Below are positions 43,106 through 56,269 of a stretch of 64,000 nt of DNA, in pieces. Origin of the DNA: Amoebidium appalachense (lineage: Eukaryota > Protista > Ichthyosporea). Numbering within the stretch: the stretch's first letter is position 1; every line of letters starts with the position of its first letter. The translations under genes were made by a program, and so were the position numbers. Below the pieces are notes generated by a model. It did not search any database. It was given only the letters and a program-made list of their open reading frames with translations, and was not told the origin of the DNA. The stretch spans positions 7,324,710 through 7,388,709 of the forward strand of contig CAVNZM010000005.1 in the NCBI GenBank assembly GCA_963693365.1, given 5' to 3'.

Positions 43106-43975
43106 CCCCCCCCCCCTCTCTCTCTCTCTCTCTCCCCCCTCTTTCTCCCTCTCCCCCCCCCCCCCCCCCCCTCCCTCTTTTTCTTTCTTTCTTTCTTTTT
43201 TTTGGGGGGGGGAGGGGGGGGAGGAGAGAGGGGGGGGGGGGGGGGGGGGAGAGAGGGAGAGAAATGGGAAGGGAAAGGCGGGGTGAGTGCTCAGTAGTTA
43301 TGTGACATACCGATTGGGCTCACATGAACTTGGTCGTGATATTTGAGGAGAGTTGGAAGCATAGGAAGCGGGAGGGGAGGGGAGGGGGATGTTGGTGTGG
43401 GGGAAGCGGGGGAGGAAGGGGGTGGGGGGGGGGGGGGAGGAATATATCGAATATGGGGGGTGGGGAGGGGGTGGGCGGGGGTGGGCTTAGACTGAGGGGA
43501 AGGGGCTTACGTATATAGGGGTGATTTGAAGGGTCGGAGAGAGGGGAGGGGGGCGGGGCGGAGGAAGGGGAGGGGTTACATATGACACCGACAACACAAC
43601 GGAACTACATATCCAGGGAAGAAGTGAAAGGAACAGAAAACGAACTGCCCACATCTGCCCCCCCTCCTCTCCCCCCACCCCTTCCTCTCCCATTCCCCCC
43701 CTCCCCCCACCTCTCCCCTTCCCCTCCCACACAGAAATATATATTAGGATACTATTAAATGATATCTCTGCAGGGAACACTATTTGGGTTATTGCTGGCA
43801 TTGTCCATTAGGAGGGTGGAAAACGAAGATCATGACATATGTAGTGGTGGTGGTGGCCGGTGCCGGAATGGTGTGGGGGGGGGGGGAGGGGGGGGGGGGG
43901 ACGGGGGGATTTGTTGGGGGGCGAAGGAGGGAGGGTAATGGGAAGGGGGTGAGGGAGGGAGGGGGGAGGGGTCCC

Positions 43976-44009
<34 letters not shown>

Positions 44010-44224
44010 GGGGGGGGGGGGGGGGAAAGCTGATTGTGGTTCATTGTGTGATACCGTACCTCCCACACATGCAAACATGAATATCGTGTTTGAGTTGCAG
44101 TCGCCGGCCAGTTGCCGATATCGATCGACGTTCGCAATTGTTGAAGAAAGGGTCTTGGCCTTTCTTCTCGAGCATCTCACTTGCAGTCCTTGTATTTGAA
44201 CCTGTTTGAACCTCGTTATAGCTG

Positions 44225-44266
<42 letters not shown>

Positions 44267-44675
44267 AATGAAATGGGGGGTGGGGCCCCACGGTGAGGGG
44301 TGTGTACATGTGTGTGCGAGTGTGTGTTTTACAGTGTGGTGTGTGGAGGGGGGGGGGGGGGGGGTAGAGGAGAAGGGGGGCATTATCTTGAAAGCGGGTG
44401 GAAGTTGGAAAGGATTCAGTGACGGTACTTGGCCTAGGGCACATTTCCCGTCACGGAAAAAAGTTAAAGGGGAGCCAAAAGCATTTGGAAAACCGGAAAA
44501 CCATGTCAGACTCTCGCAATTTTTTTTCAGGGTGGTTTTCTCAGCTAGGAATCTAGAACGTCGACCCAGTGAAAAGAATCTCCTGGTGCAAAAACCTACC
44601 CATTTTGCAAAAGCGCAGGGTAGAGGGGGGGCCTGGGGGGCGAGGGTGTGCGTGTGTGACGGTGTGTTTTGGAGG

Positions 44676-44711
<36 letters not shown>

Positions 44712-44810
44712 CGACGTCAGCAAAAACATGGATGTTTATTTTTTTATAATGACTTTATTGATATGCTCAGCAAAATAGAAGCCATCGAGATATCACCGAT
44801 ATCTCGGAGA

Positions 44811-45395
44811 AGAAAATACAAAAGCCCTCACTCTCGGATACGGAGGAGATAACGACTTAAATAATCATACACCCTAGAAAACTCGTTAAACATACCGTGG
44901 TTCAACAGATAGTCAATAGACGTAATATCAGGATTATCTAAATAAGCCAGTCTTCTAATTTCTAACGGAATAATCTGAGATAAATAAATACATCTATCTA
45001 AGTGTTTACGAGAAAAAGGTTCTGCACAAAAGTGGCACAAACATTTATGGAAACAAAGGTTAGAGCGCCAAAATAAACATTTCCAAGCTATATCACAAGG
45101 AGGGGTTAGAATTGCAAATCGGTAAGTGTGGTAGGTTTACGAGAGGAAGGATAAATATAAGTAGCTAATTTACACAACGATTGTAAAGAAAATAGACGAG
45201 TCTCTAATATAAAAAGAAGCACAGGCTCAAGAGCCCTACCATGATACTCTTTGTCACAACGATGAAGCAAAGGATATTGAGTATGAAACCAAGTAACATA
45301 CTGCTGATAACTAGTAGAAGAGAAAAATAAAGGAGATAAGTATTTAAAAAGATATCTCGGAGACGTAACTTAGATAAATAAGCCAGTCTTCTAAT
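44811..45395 (-). mobile_element. 5'-truncated LINE 3'-end fragment with C-terminal CCHC zinc knuckle
   Basis: AT-rich block reading ..LATYIYPSSRKPTTLTD[frameshift]..ILTPPCDIAWKCLFWRSNLCFHKCLCHFCAEPFSRKHLDRC..SIDYLLN..RIRE* (stop at 44828). The WR-CxxC-x6-H-xxx-C-DxxLN pattern resembles non-LTR ORF2 C-termini. Confidence 0.6.
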
Positions 45396-45654
45396 AAAAA
45401 ACTTTCCGGAATAGCCAAGGCACCCGATCCATGACTACCCCGGTTGGACTTAGTTTAGAAGGCCATTCCCATAGTCCTGCACCCAGGCGAGTCCCATCAG
45501 GGCATCCGATCCCCAATGCGCTACATCCCGGGATTCGAACCAGGATGTTATAATTAGACGGATGAGCCGGCTGGCTGCCAGCAGTGGCATTGTTGTGGGG
45601 CGGACTGAGTGCATTCTCATTTGCTGGAAGACCCCTCCCTCCTCCCTCCTCCCC

Positions 45655-45702
<48 letters not shown>

Positions 45703-46594
45703 ACTGACAAACACACAGCATCACTATATTTACAGCCTGCTCATGGCTTCTCTCCTTCTCTACCCTGTCCCCGGGGGTGCATTTCCCCCTCCCCCTCAAC
45801 CAAGACTTTGCCTGGCGTGGTAGGACTCCACAAGCGTATAGTGAAAGTTGCACATTGATGCTCATAATTCAAATATCGGGTAGTGGTTACGGGTTTCCTG
45901 CCCACTGCATATAATGCGCTTGTGGAGTCCTGCTCAGGCAAACAAGATGGTCTCTGTTAGGTCTTCATAATCTGTAAACATTTTGGCAATGCCCAGATAT
46001 TCTCCTTTAATTGGGTTGACATTTGAGTGCACTCACACGTCATAGTGGGATTAACTGAGGTCTGATTACCCCCTCCCCTTTGCCCCTTTCTCTCTTCCCC
46101 CCCCCCCGGGCCCCAACACACACACACACATACAACCCCTCTCCACCCTGGCCAACGGTGCCACCAGCACAGCATGTGACCTTCTCAACTTGGTCTTCTT
46201 GCGAATGAGCTATTAGTTATACTATTCTTTACGAGCCACAATACATAATACCGAACTTAGACTATTATATTGAACTAGACTGGACTCCCGCAATAGGCGC
46301 CAAAAAAGGATTTCCAAAACACAGCCAACTTGGCAACACATCGAACAACCATGAGTTCACAAACCTAGGCACACCAGTTTTGATTGCATGCCATTAGTAA
46401 GAACCAGTTGTTGCGCACTGCCCGGCCCCCCTCGTGAGCGTACTACCGTGACCATGGCCCGGCTAGTAGAGCATTAAGGCACCACGCCAGAAGAGGGGAA
46501 CATTATTTTAATTAATTAGTAACATAACTACTCAGATCGGATCATAGGTTCTTCATTATGCCAGGGTCACTTGAAGCGTCACGACAGGTTCGAC

Positions 46595-48260
46595 CTATGG
46601 GCACATGCTCAACGTGGGTGTCTTCAATGGGGGCACAGCCCACACGCCGTTGGTACACGTGGCCACAACTACATAGCAGGTCCCCCCGACACCACCCGGA
46701 CACTTAACACAGCTCTGAAGGGTACAAGGAGAAGCCGTAGAAACACACGATGCACCGGCGGTAACGGTGGAGGGACATTCGTTTGCGTCAAAGGAAGTCT
46801 TAGATAGGTTGTTCTCGGGAAGTTGAGGCTCGGCGGCGGGCTTAGGTGGGACTTGGTCCCCGGATTGCGGGGAAACCACAAGGGCTGACGGAGCCTGTTG
46901 GGAATTGTCCGAAGTTGAGAAGACTGGAGGGGTTGTGATTGCCACCAGAGAGGGGATCTCAGAAGGCTTCGGCATAACGAAGAAGTCAATGGGCGGTGGA
47001 ATCATGGGGCTGGTGGTGGGGCACTGGGAGAGGCTGGGCGTGAAGTTGCTGATGGTCCACGTGGTGCCTGTGCCGCCGCATTTGGCAGTTGTCGAGCTGC
47101 AAAGCGGCTGGCCTTCTGGGCACTTCTGGCATGTTCCTTCAAAGCGGCATTCACGCACACCCACGTAGCAGGGTGTCCCCGCGGTAGGGACGGTGGTTGG
47201 GCAGTTGGCAAGGCCAACCATGGGCCGCACAGGTGCAACGGCCGCGGGTGTATATGTCACAGGGGGTGCAATAGGTGTGGGGGCGGTCGTTGGTGTGGGG
47301 GCCACGGTTTTGGTAATTAGTGGGATGCAGAGGCCGGAGCGGTTGAAGGTGCCGACCGGGCATACACAGCCAGTGCCTCGGGTAGAAGGGACCATGGGGG
47401 CTCTACATTTGCTGATTGCTCTTGATCGAAAATTGGGTCCCCCGTTGGTATAATCCGGTCCCACGCTATATTTCACGGGTGGAAGCTTACCTGGTCCAAC
47501 GGAAGCTGCGAAAGTTAAATTGAGATTGTGGTTGGTTAGTTTGGATGGAACGCGCTTTGCTAAGAGGCTACACTCCATGGGTTTGGATGCATTTTCCAGC
47601 TAAGACTCCGATGGACGTATGTAAAGGACCTTGTTACTTAGTGCTTGACGGCAACGGCGTGCACACAGTTGTCCAGTGATGCCAACCCGAGCCGCATGCG
47701 TACAGACTACTGCTTAATGGATCGTTTTGTTTTCATGTGATGACCATGTGTGATCTGGCAGACTGCAGGATTTCTTACTTTACTATCAAGCGGATTTTAA
47801 CACTATCACACGTATACTCATCTTGACTCTATCTGAGGTCCTGAGAGCCAGTGGAACAAGCATATACTAATAAGCTAGACTGTCGCTGCTCGAGCTCCCT
47901 GAGACTAGTTTGACCTCTAGCTGATTTTATTCTAGCTATATAGGCCTCAGTGGCAATGGCATGTACTACGTTATCATAACGTCCGATACTATTGAAATAC
48001 TCAGGTTTCGAAGTTTCGTCCGCTAATACACACGGCCCAGCCTGTCACCAGCCATAATCACACACAAGTGAACCTCCGACTTCTAAGATTTTGCATTGTT
48101 GATTCACAGATCGAGCTGCTAACTTGAAAGTGAGGTGTCCACGAAGTGAATCACATGCCATATGCTTCGTACTCAGTTCATTTCACCCCCCAAAGCACTC
48201 ACCGGCATGGGCGAATGAAGCAATGCCGGCAACGGCAACAGTGCTGACAAGGAGATTCAT
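46595..48260 (-). CDS. Secreted cysteine-rich protein with two 8-Cys modules and Pro/Thr-rich linkers, about 342 aa, family unrecognised
   Basis: Exons 48260-48203 (signal peptide MNLLVSTVAVAGIASFAHA, donor GTGAGT), 48115-48049, 47709-47638, 47505-47491 (donor GTAAGC) and 47411-46595 total 1029 nt in frame. The last exon is the bulk of ORF 46595..47578. A simpler 3-exon model is also open. Confidence 0.75.
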
Positions 48261-48351
48261 TTCTCAAGAAAAGAAAGCCCAGCAATAAGCTACTAGAACC
48301 ACAGTCGAAAAGGAGTTCTGTCCGGAGCTCTGCCAGCAGAGGAAGCGTCCG

Positions 48352-48380
48352 TTTTTATATGCGCAAATACGCATTGGCCG
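48352..48380 (-). promoter_or_regulatory. Candidate TATA box (TATAAAAA) and CCAAT for the secreted-protein gene
   Basis: Minus-strand TATAAAAA at 48359-48352, about 90 nt upstream of the ATG at 48260; CCAAT at about 48378-48374. Confidence 0.45.
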
Positions 48381-48560
48381 TCGCCAGCTAATAGCACCGG
48401 ACTGCCAGACAGAGAAGCTGCAAATTTGTACCGTCGGGCAGCGGGCTCGACTCAGACCAACATCTCACGGTCAAATGAAGTATGTGTATTTATTCAAAGG
48501 CCGGTTTTATCGGTAACCCAGTAGGATAAGCCTCTACAGAAGTTGGAGCGGCTATGACAT

Positions 48561-48757
48561 TGCCGGAGGCAAGACCATTTCTTGCTACGGTCGTGGCTCC
48601 CCGAGACTCATGGACATGAAATCAGAGGCAAGTACGGAAGTTTATTATTTTGAAAATAAAATAATTACTCTAAAAGAATATTATGAATAACTGTTGATGG
48701 ACATCTAATGAACCATGAAAACTATGGTGTGTGTACGTGCATGTAAGTGCACGTACG

Positions 48758-48837
<80 letters not shown>

Positions 48838-49648
48838 CTACCCTAAAGAAGGAAACAGTGTCCCTAACGCGCAATGGCCAAGGACACCCCTTCATGTATC
48901 CCCACAACAGGGCTGGGAGGGCGGGGAAATCAACAGAAAAAAGGACAGCTAGCTAAGGCAGCTAGTTTGTGCGCTTTTACACTAGCACCACCAAACTTAG
49001 TTCAACCAACTAACTCTACAAATCCCTTTTACCTCTGATGCCAGACACTCACACAAACGCTAAAACGAAAACCAAAGACTGAAATCCAAACGACATGTAC
49101 TCCTTTTTATACCCGTTCCCACGATGCATTTTGGAATTTGAAGCCAGACTGAAGAAACCAATCAAATGCTTTAAAATCTGACCAAATCAGAACATGCAAT
49201 CAAAACCGAACCACATTAACTATATATCCCACGATGCATTTTGGAATTTGAAGCCAGACTGAAGAAACCAATCAAATGCTTTAAAATCTGACCAAATCAG
49301 AACATGCAATCAAAACCGAACCACATTAACTATATATGGAAACCAGCAATCCAACACAACTAATGCATGACAAATAACCAATCACCTCACCGCAATGCCA
49401 CTCGGTGGGTCTTCGTCTCTCACCGCTGCCTCCTCCCGCTTGAAAACCACATGCCGGAGGCAAGACCATTTCTTGCTACCGTCGTGGCTCCCCGAGACTC
49501 ATGGACATGAAATCAGAGGCAAGTACGGAAGTTTATTATTTTGAAAATAAAATAATTACTCTAAAAGAATATTATGAATAACTGTTGATGGACATCTAAT
49601 GAACCATGAAAACTATGGTGTGTGTACGTGCATGTAAGTGCACGTACG

Positions 49649-49744
<96 letters not shown>

Positions 49745-49808
49745 CTACCCTAAAGAAGGAAACAGTGTCCCTAACGCGCAATGGCCAAGGACACCCCTTC
49801 ATGTATCC
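48561..49808 (-). repeat. 3' terminal repeat block Y-X-Y of the retroelement
   Basis: Y 49452-49808, X 48902-49451 (550 bp including a 110-bp tandem duplication at 49118-49227/49228-49337), Y 48561-48901. Each Y holds a (GT)n tract. Confidence 0.95.
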
Positions 49809-49921
49809 AAATCTACCTAACTTGCTTTTGTGATAGTTTTAAAGCTTTGTGAATTCCTTTGTGTTTCTGAGCTCTACAGTGTACTCACCCGGGCTTGGCC
49901 GTATGTGTAGGAAAATAATAA

Positions 49922-50602
49922 TTAGCACTGGAGTAATTCTGATTCCCACACACTGAGTGCATCCTCGGTTCTGACAAACGCATCCATATAGTATCTTGGA
50001 TAGAAGTGGTGAATGGCCGCCAAAACCGTTCGACAGTGGGCCAGCCCATTGTGCAGCCGTGAAGGTCTTGGATCATAATACAGCTCTGCAGCATAACTGC
50101 TTAGAAGCTCATCAATAACCCAGACATTTTCGCACCGGTCGATACCCCGGGTAGTCTTACACCAGCCAGCAAATCGGTCTAGCACCCTATCATAATGACG
50201 GATGATAGCTGATTGTCTGTCGATGTTCAATACCCGTGCCACCCTGGGACTCGGAACGATTGCGCGTGACGGTTCATCCGCGGGGTTATGTGCTGACGGC
50301 ACCCACACCCAGGATGGACGCACTGCTGCTGCGCACAGGAGAGCTGCCACTCTTCTACAGAGGTGGTTCAGGCGCCGAGAGCTTGATCTCCCCTTCGCCA
50401 CAGCATACACCAACGCTGTGTTGTCAATCAGATGTGCGACCCGTGTGTGATGATTACGTGGAGCTCGTACAAAACGACGAAGTGACAAAAGCAACGCATG
50501 TCCCTCTAAAATGGTGATGTGATCTGTGTGCTGCCACCGTGCGGAAATGGGATGGTACCACTGCAAGCCATCCACCATCTCCAACAAGCTAGCGGCGCAT
50601 GC
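49922..50602 (-). CDS. RNase H (C-terminal part) fused in frame to a tyrosine-recombinase N-terminal (core-binding)-like domain
   Basis: HITILEGHA, LIDN, KGRSS and WVPSAHNPADEPSR are RNase H motifs of YR retroelements. They are followed by HYDRVLDRFAGW..DELLSSYAAELY..TVLAAIHHFYP..ALSVW and a stop before any R-H-R-Y catalytic motifs. Confidence 0.75.
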   Translation of the reverse strand, partial: ACAASLLEMVDGLQWYHPISARWQHTDHITILEGHALLLSLRRFVRAPRNHHTRVAHLIDNTALVYAVAKGRSSSRRLNHLCRRVAALLCAAAVRPSWVWVPSAHNPADEPSRAIVPSPRVARVLNIDRQSAIIRHYDRVLDRFAGWCKTTRGIDRCENVWVIDELLSSYAAELYYDPRPSRLHNGLAHCRTVLAAIHHFYPRYYMDAFVRTEDALSVWESELLQC

Positions 50603-52202
50603 GGGGGGGCTCCGGCTCAAGTGACTGGGGAACGGAGGTGGGCTCTTCAATTTCATTTGCAACATAAACATCGCTGCGCTCGACCGATGACGGCATATAA
50701 CGAGGGTCGCCGGCCTTGGTGTCGTGCCCGTCGAGGGAAAGAAAGGAATACCCGGGTTTTGAGACGGCCTGGGACAGCGCCAATAACGATTGCTCGACCG
50801 TGACATTGGCAACCGACACCCCTGCGCCAGTCATGGACGCATCCGAGGCCAGCACGACGGAGGCTGGCTGAGCCGACAGATCACACACCACCAAGGGAGA
50901 TAATGCAATCAACATAGACAATTCGACCTTAACTGCGAGGGGAATAGTGAGATCTGTCAGTGGCGTCGTGGCATTGGAGTAAACAAACTCGTAGCAAGAT
51001 TCCAACACTGAGAAAAGGCACCTATTCAAAAGTAACAACCAAGCCCAGCCCCCCAACAACCGGGATAAATTTCGTGGAGACACTGCTTGCAGGCGTAAAA
51101 CGACTTCAGTGTCAGCCAGAAGCTTGGCTAGCTTAGAAGAGTCGGGTCGAATTTTACCGTCGGACCCAATGGCGAGACCGAGTGCCACCGTTTCGGGTGT
51201 AGTTCGGGCTGCTCGCACCGTCTTTGACGGCTTGATTTCGAATCCGTTTTCCTCGCCTGCTAGCCCCGCTGCTGTCATCTCCGAATTCACCCTAGATTCT
51301 TCGAACCCTATCCCCACCCAATCATCAACGTAGATCAAATGAACGGAATCCGATTGGTTGCTCATGGAATGTGCCGGCGGAAAATTTGATTGGATGCATC
51401 TGTCGACCCGAAGAGGAGGGTGGATCATGAAATCGTGAGACCTCTGGGCAAGAAACGGGGCCCATTTCCACCCCATCGGCATCGACAAGACACGTGGGAA
51501 CACCAACCGATCCAAGCCAGGCAACCCCGCCGCCTTGGAGGAGACCGGGGGGAGGCCTTGATACCACGACAACCACTCTGGAACCCGAAACCGATGATAG
51601 AAATTTGAAAAATCATACTTGGCTTTAACCAGGACGGAATTTTTAGGGATGATGATGCTACACAAGTCCGACGGGCTGGGAAAAAGGGGATTGGGGGGAT
51701 CAACCATAACTGCATTCATAGGACGGGCATCCATAATAAGACGATCTTCTTTCTCATCTTTTTCAACTGCAAATAAACCATTTATGACTTTCGGGGGCTC
51801 ATCGGATTCCGAAAAAGCAATCATGCCACAATCAAACATTCGCTTGGCTAATAGGGGCCACTCATCTGGTGACGAGAAGGCAAAGACAGGACGCCCGGGA
51901 GTGGGGTGGGATTCCTCTGCACCCTTAGTGGTGCTCTCAGTCGCCCTCTGCCCCATCCCGCAAGCTCCGTGCACGGGCGACTCCTCGGTCGCAGTGGGCT
52001 CAGACCCACTCTCACCGTGACCCTCACTCGACTCTGACACCACCAATGCATCGGGCGTCTCCAGCAACACCCTCAGGTCAGGGGGAAGGACCGAAAGGAG
52101 AGGGACAGTGGCACCAAATCCCGGAGGGGGAAGGGCCATTCGTTCAGCAACTATGGGGGTGAAAGCTTTAGTATGGTTAAAGTATGGAAAAGAATCAGAA
52201 AC

Positions 52203-52220
<18 letters not shown>
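50589..52220 (-). CDS. Reverse transcriptase plus the start of RNase H of the YR-class retroelement
   Basis: 543-aa ORF with GLFAVEK..RLIMDARPMN, DFSNFYHRF, MPMGWKWAPFLAQ, IYVDD (~51321-51335) and SDAS (first RNase H Asp). It frameshifts to the next ORF at the G7 run 50603-50609. Confidence 0.92.
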
Positions 52221-53026
<806 letters not shown>

Positions 53027-53572
53027 AAGTTTTATCCGGCTCCAAACAAACAGTATTAGCCGATGAAAATTGTCGCTAGTGCGGGCCTTATTTTGAGACA
53101 GTTACATCGACTGAAACATACATAGAGAGATTTATTCAACCGATAAAATTGGGCCATTATCAAGAACGAACGGTTTGTGGCCTTAGTAGGGCCATCCTTG
53201 CAATGGGCCGTCTCAGTTGTATACACGTGTGTCAGCGGACTCCCGCGGAGTTCTTGACAAGCCTGAAAGGAATGTGATTTAGGACCCCTTTGTGCCGATT
53301 GGTTCCTCCCCAAGAACACAAAACATCCGATTGGTTGAATTTATTTTGCCCGGGCTAATAGCCTAGTAGTAATGTAAGTAATACACCAGTTCGCATTTAA
53401 GTTCCAAAGGTCTTTGAATAACTATATAAGGTTCGTTGGTATGATCTGATTGGTTGTGCTTTAGTGATTGCGAACTCGGCCCGGGCCCAGATCGGCGAGC
53501 AGTGGCTGCTCCTGCCAGAGCTCTTCTTTCATCATTTAGTCACTCTGAGTGCTGGCTGTCTTCCCTGCCTGC

Positions 53573-53611
<39 letters not shown>

Positions 53612-53989
53612 GGTTGCCGCAGGCGTCCTGCAGCGTCGTATGGGGCCCAGTCACTTACAATAAGCCAATAGCATGCAAATATATATGCAGGCTGGACGGT
53701 ATACAGTACCATGGCATAGGACAGTAGTACGTGAGTACTCACACAAAAGAACCGGTCCACACACACACGCGTGCGCTCGCGCAAATGTAGGCTACACTAG
53801 GCTACATTGCAGCAGGACGGCCGGCCGAGGAACGACCGATCGCGAGTTCATGCATCCATGAATGACACATGAATGACACATGGATGAGGGAGCAGTGCAT
53901 CGCGTACATGTGGAGGAAATCTTGCTAAAGGGAAGGGGGGAGGGAGGAGACGGTGGGGGCGGGAGGACGGGAGCGAGCTGGGGGAGGGG

Positions 53990-54091
53990 AAGGGAGAGAG
54001 AGCACATGTAGAGAGAAAGCGAGAGCGAGAGCGAGAGAGAGAGAGGGGGAGCAAGAGCGAGAGCAAGAGAGAGAGAGGAGAGAGAGAGGGA

Positions 54092-54157
<66 letters not shown>

Positions 54158-54170
54158 GCGGGGAGGAGGG

Positions 54171-54208
<38 letters not shown>

Positions 54209-54227
54209 GAGACGAGAGAGAGGAGAC

Positions 54228-54277
<50 letters not shown>

Positions 54278-54418
54278 AGGGAGGGGGGGAGAGAGAGAGA
54301 GAGAACGAGAGAGAGAGGGAGACTGAGAGGGAGGGAGGGAGGTTGAGTCAAGAGGGAAACTAGAGGGGGAGAGAGAGGGGGGGGGGGGGGAGAGAGAGAG
54401 AGAGAGAGGGGGGGGGGG

Positions 54419-54460
<42 letters not shown>
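53990..54460. repeat. (GA)n/poly-G purine tract, representative of the dense simple repeats across the window
   Basis: About 470 nt almost purely G/A. Comparable tracts include (CA)n at 21186-21410 and (TG)n at 42390-42780. Confidence 0.9.
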
Positions 54461-54463
<3 letters not shown>

Positions 54464-54757
54464 GAGAGCGAGAGGAGAGTCAGAAAGAGCCTCGAGCTCG
54501 GAGAACTCTAGCAAGCTAGAGAGGGAATCCGGAAGTGGTGGTATTTATTCATGATCATTGAAATCCTGAGTGGCGTCGAAGGCCGGCTGTCAGCGGATTT
54601 TGGTAGCGGTGGTACTTGTGGCAGTGGTGTATATTTATAATACGTAACATGTATATACGCATGCGCCGTGGGATGCGTGCACGCGCATGTATGTGTGTGT
54701 GTGTGTGTGTGTGTGCAGTGTGTGTGTGTGTGTGTGTATGCACGTGTGTATGTCACA

Positions 54758-54790
<33 letters not shown>

Positions 54791-55648
54791 CGTGGATGTG
54801 TGTGTGTGTGTGTGTGTGCTAGTGTGTGTGTGTGTGTGTTAGTGTGTGTGTGTGCGTGACGTGTGTGTGTGTGTGTGCATGCATTCATGTTGTACATGCT
54901 TTATGATGTGGAGTGTATGCCGGTCACCATGTGGGGGTGTCACGGCGGGGCCTGCACTGGTCTTATCATGGGCTGACCCAGGCATCATGGGCTAGGTAGG
55001 GCTATGTAGTGGTATCACTGTGTGGCCTGCGCATGTTAGCGTGGCCGTCACCCATGAGTCATCAAGGTTCCCTTGTGCAACAATGTGCGCCTTGTGTATG
55101 TAGGCCTATACGTCAATTCAGTCAACTTGATTCCGATTATGATCAACGAATTATCTGCACCAACATTGGCTGAATTTTGCGCAAATCCCTAGCGACCAAT
55201 CCGCTCGCGATTTGACAAATATAAATATCATGAATCACGAAAATTCCCCTGCACAACTTCAACAAGTAAACAACACCTCCACTCCTTCGACTTCTGTTTC
55301 AACTCCCATACTGAGGTGGCGGGCCTTTCGCAATCATAGCCTACCGGCCATCTGTCTGCTATAGGCAACCTGGTTGCGAAACTAGTTCTTTATTGCGATA
55401 CCTTGGTCGAGCAATATTAGGAAATAGTCCTGAATTATCACCAGAGTAGTTGACCCATCGTGAAGTTCCGACCGCTATCACTTCAGATCCTAGAACGAGG
55501 TGCCTGTAAAGCCTGTCTGTATATACCACTAGCCGCGGTTCTGCTATGTACCAGTAGTTCCGGCGGCGAATATAAGGAGGGTTTGTGTACAAGGCTGATA
55601 AACCACAAAGTGTTTGCTCAGGCTTGCTTCAGAAATTACACTGCCAAC

Positions 55649-55946
55649 ATGCTGTTCCTGATGGCTGTTGCGCTTGTGCTTGGGGCGACTCCCATTGTCG
55701 CCGCCAAAAAATCAAGATGCGATGTGTGTCTTGCAGCTGTAGAAGGGTTCGAGAAGGTGAGTGGAGGCACGCTGCGGTTTATATAGGCGTGTGTCTGTGT
55801 TGTCAGGGAGTGATTGCGGTCGCTGATCGTAGGGAGTACCTCTCCTCCTTTCCCCGTTGCGTTAGATCTCCTTTCATCTCTGTTGTGCCTTTGGATTTTA
55901 TGTGTGTGTGCATGTAAGTGTGTGCATGTATGTGTCTGTCTGTGTC

Positions 55947-56045
<99 letters not shown>

Positions 56046-56230
56046 GGAGGCGCAAACTTAAGGGATAGTGGTTGGGTGTGTGTGCGTGGGGGGAGGGGAG
56101 GAGAGAGAAGGTGGGGAGGGGGGGGAGAGAGAGAGCGAGAGAAAGAAAGAGAGAGCGAGAGGAGGGAGAGTGAGAGGGAGAGGGGGGGGGGGAGAGAGGG
56201 AAAGGGGGGGGGAGAGAGAGGGGGGGGGGG

Positions 56231-56269
<39 letters not shown>

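Noticed and set aside
44464-46010. TTAAAGG...CCTTTAA as Kolobok-like transposon ends
   Set aside because: Complementarity barely extends beyond the 7-mer, which is compatible with chance.
49140-49215. CTGAAGA as a possible hammerhead ribozyme core in repeat X
   Set aside because: No stem II followed by GAAA and no closing helices could be built.
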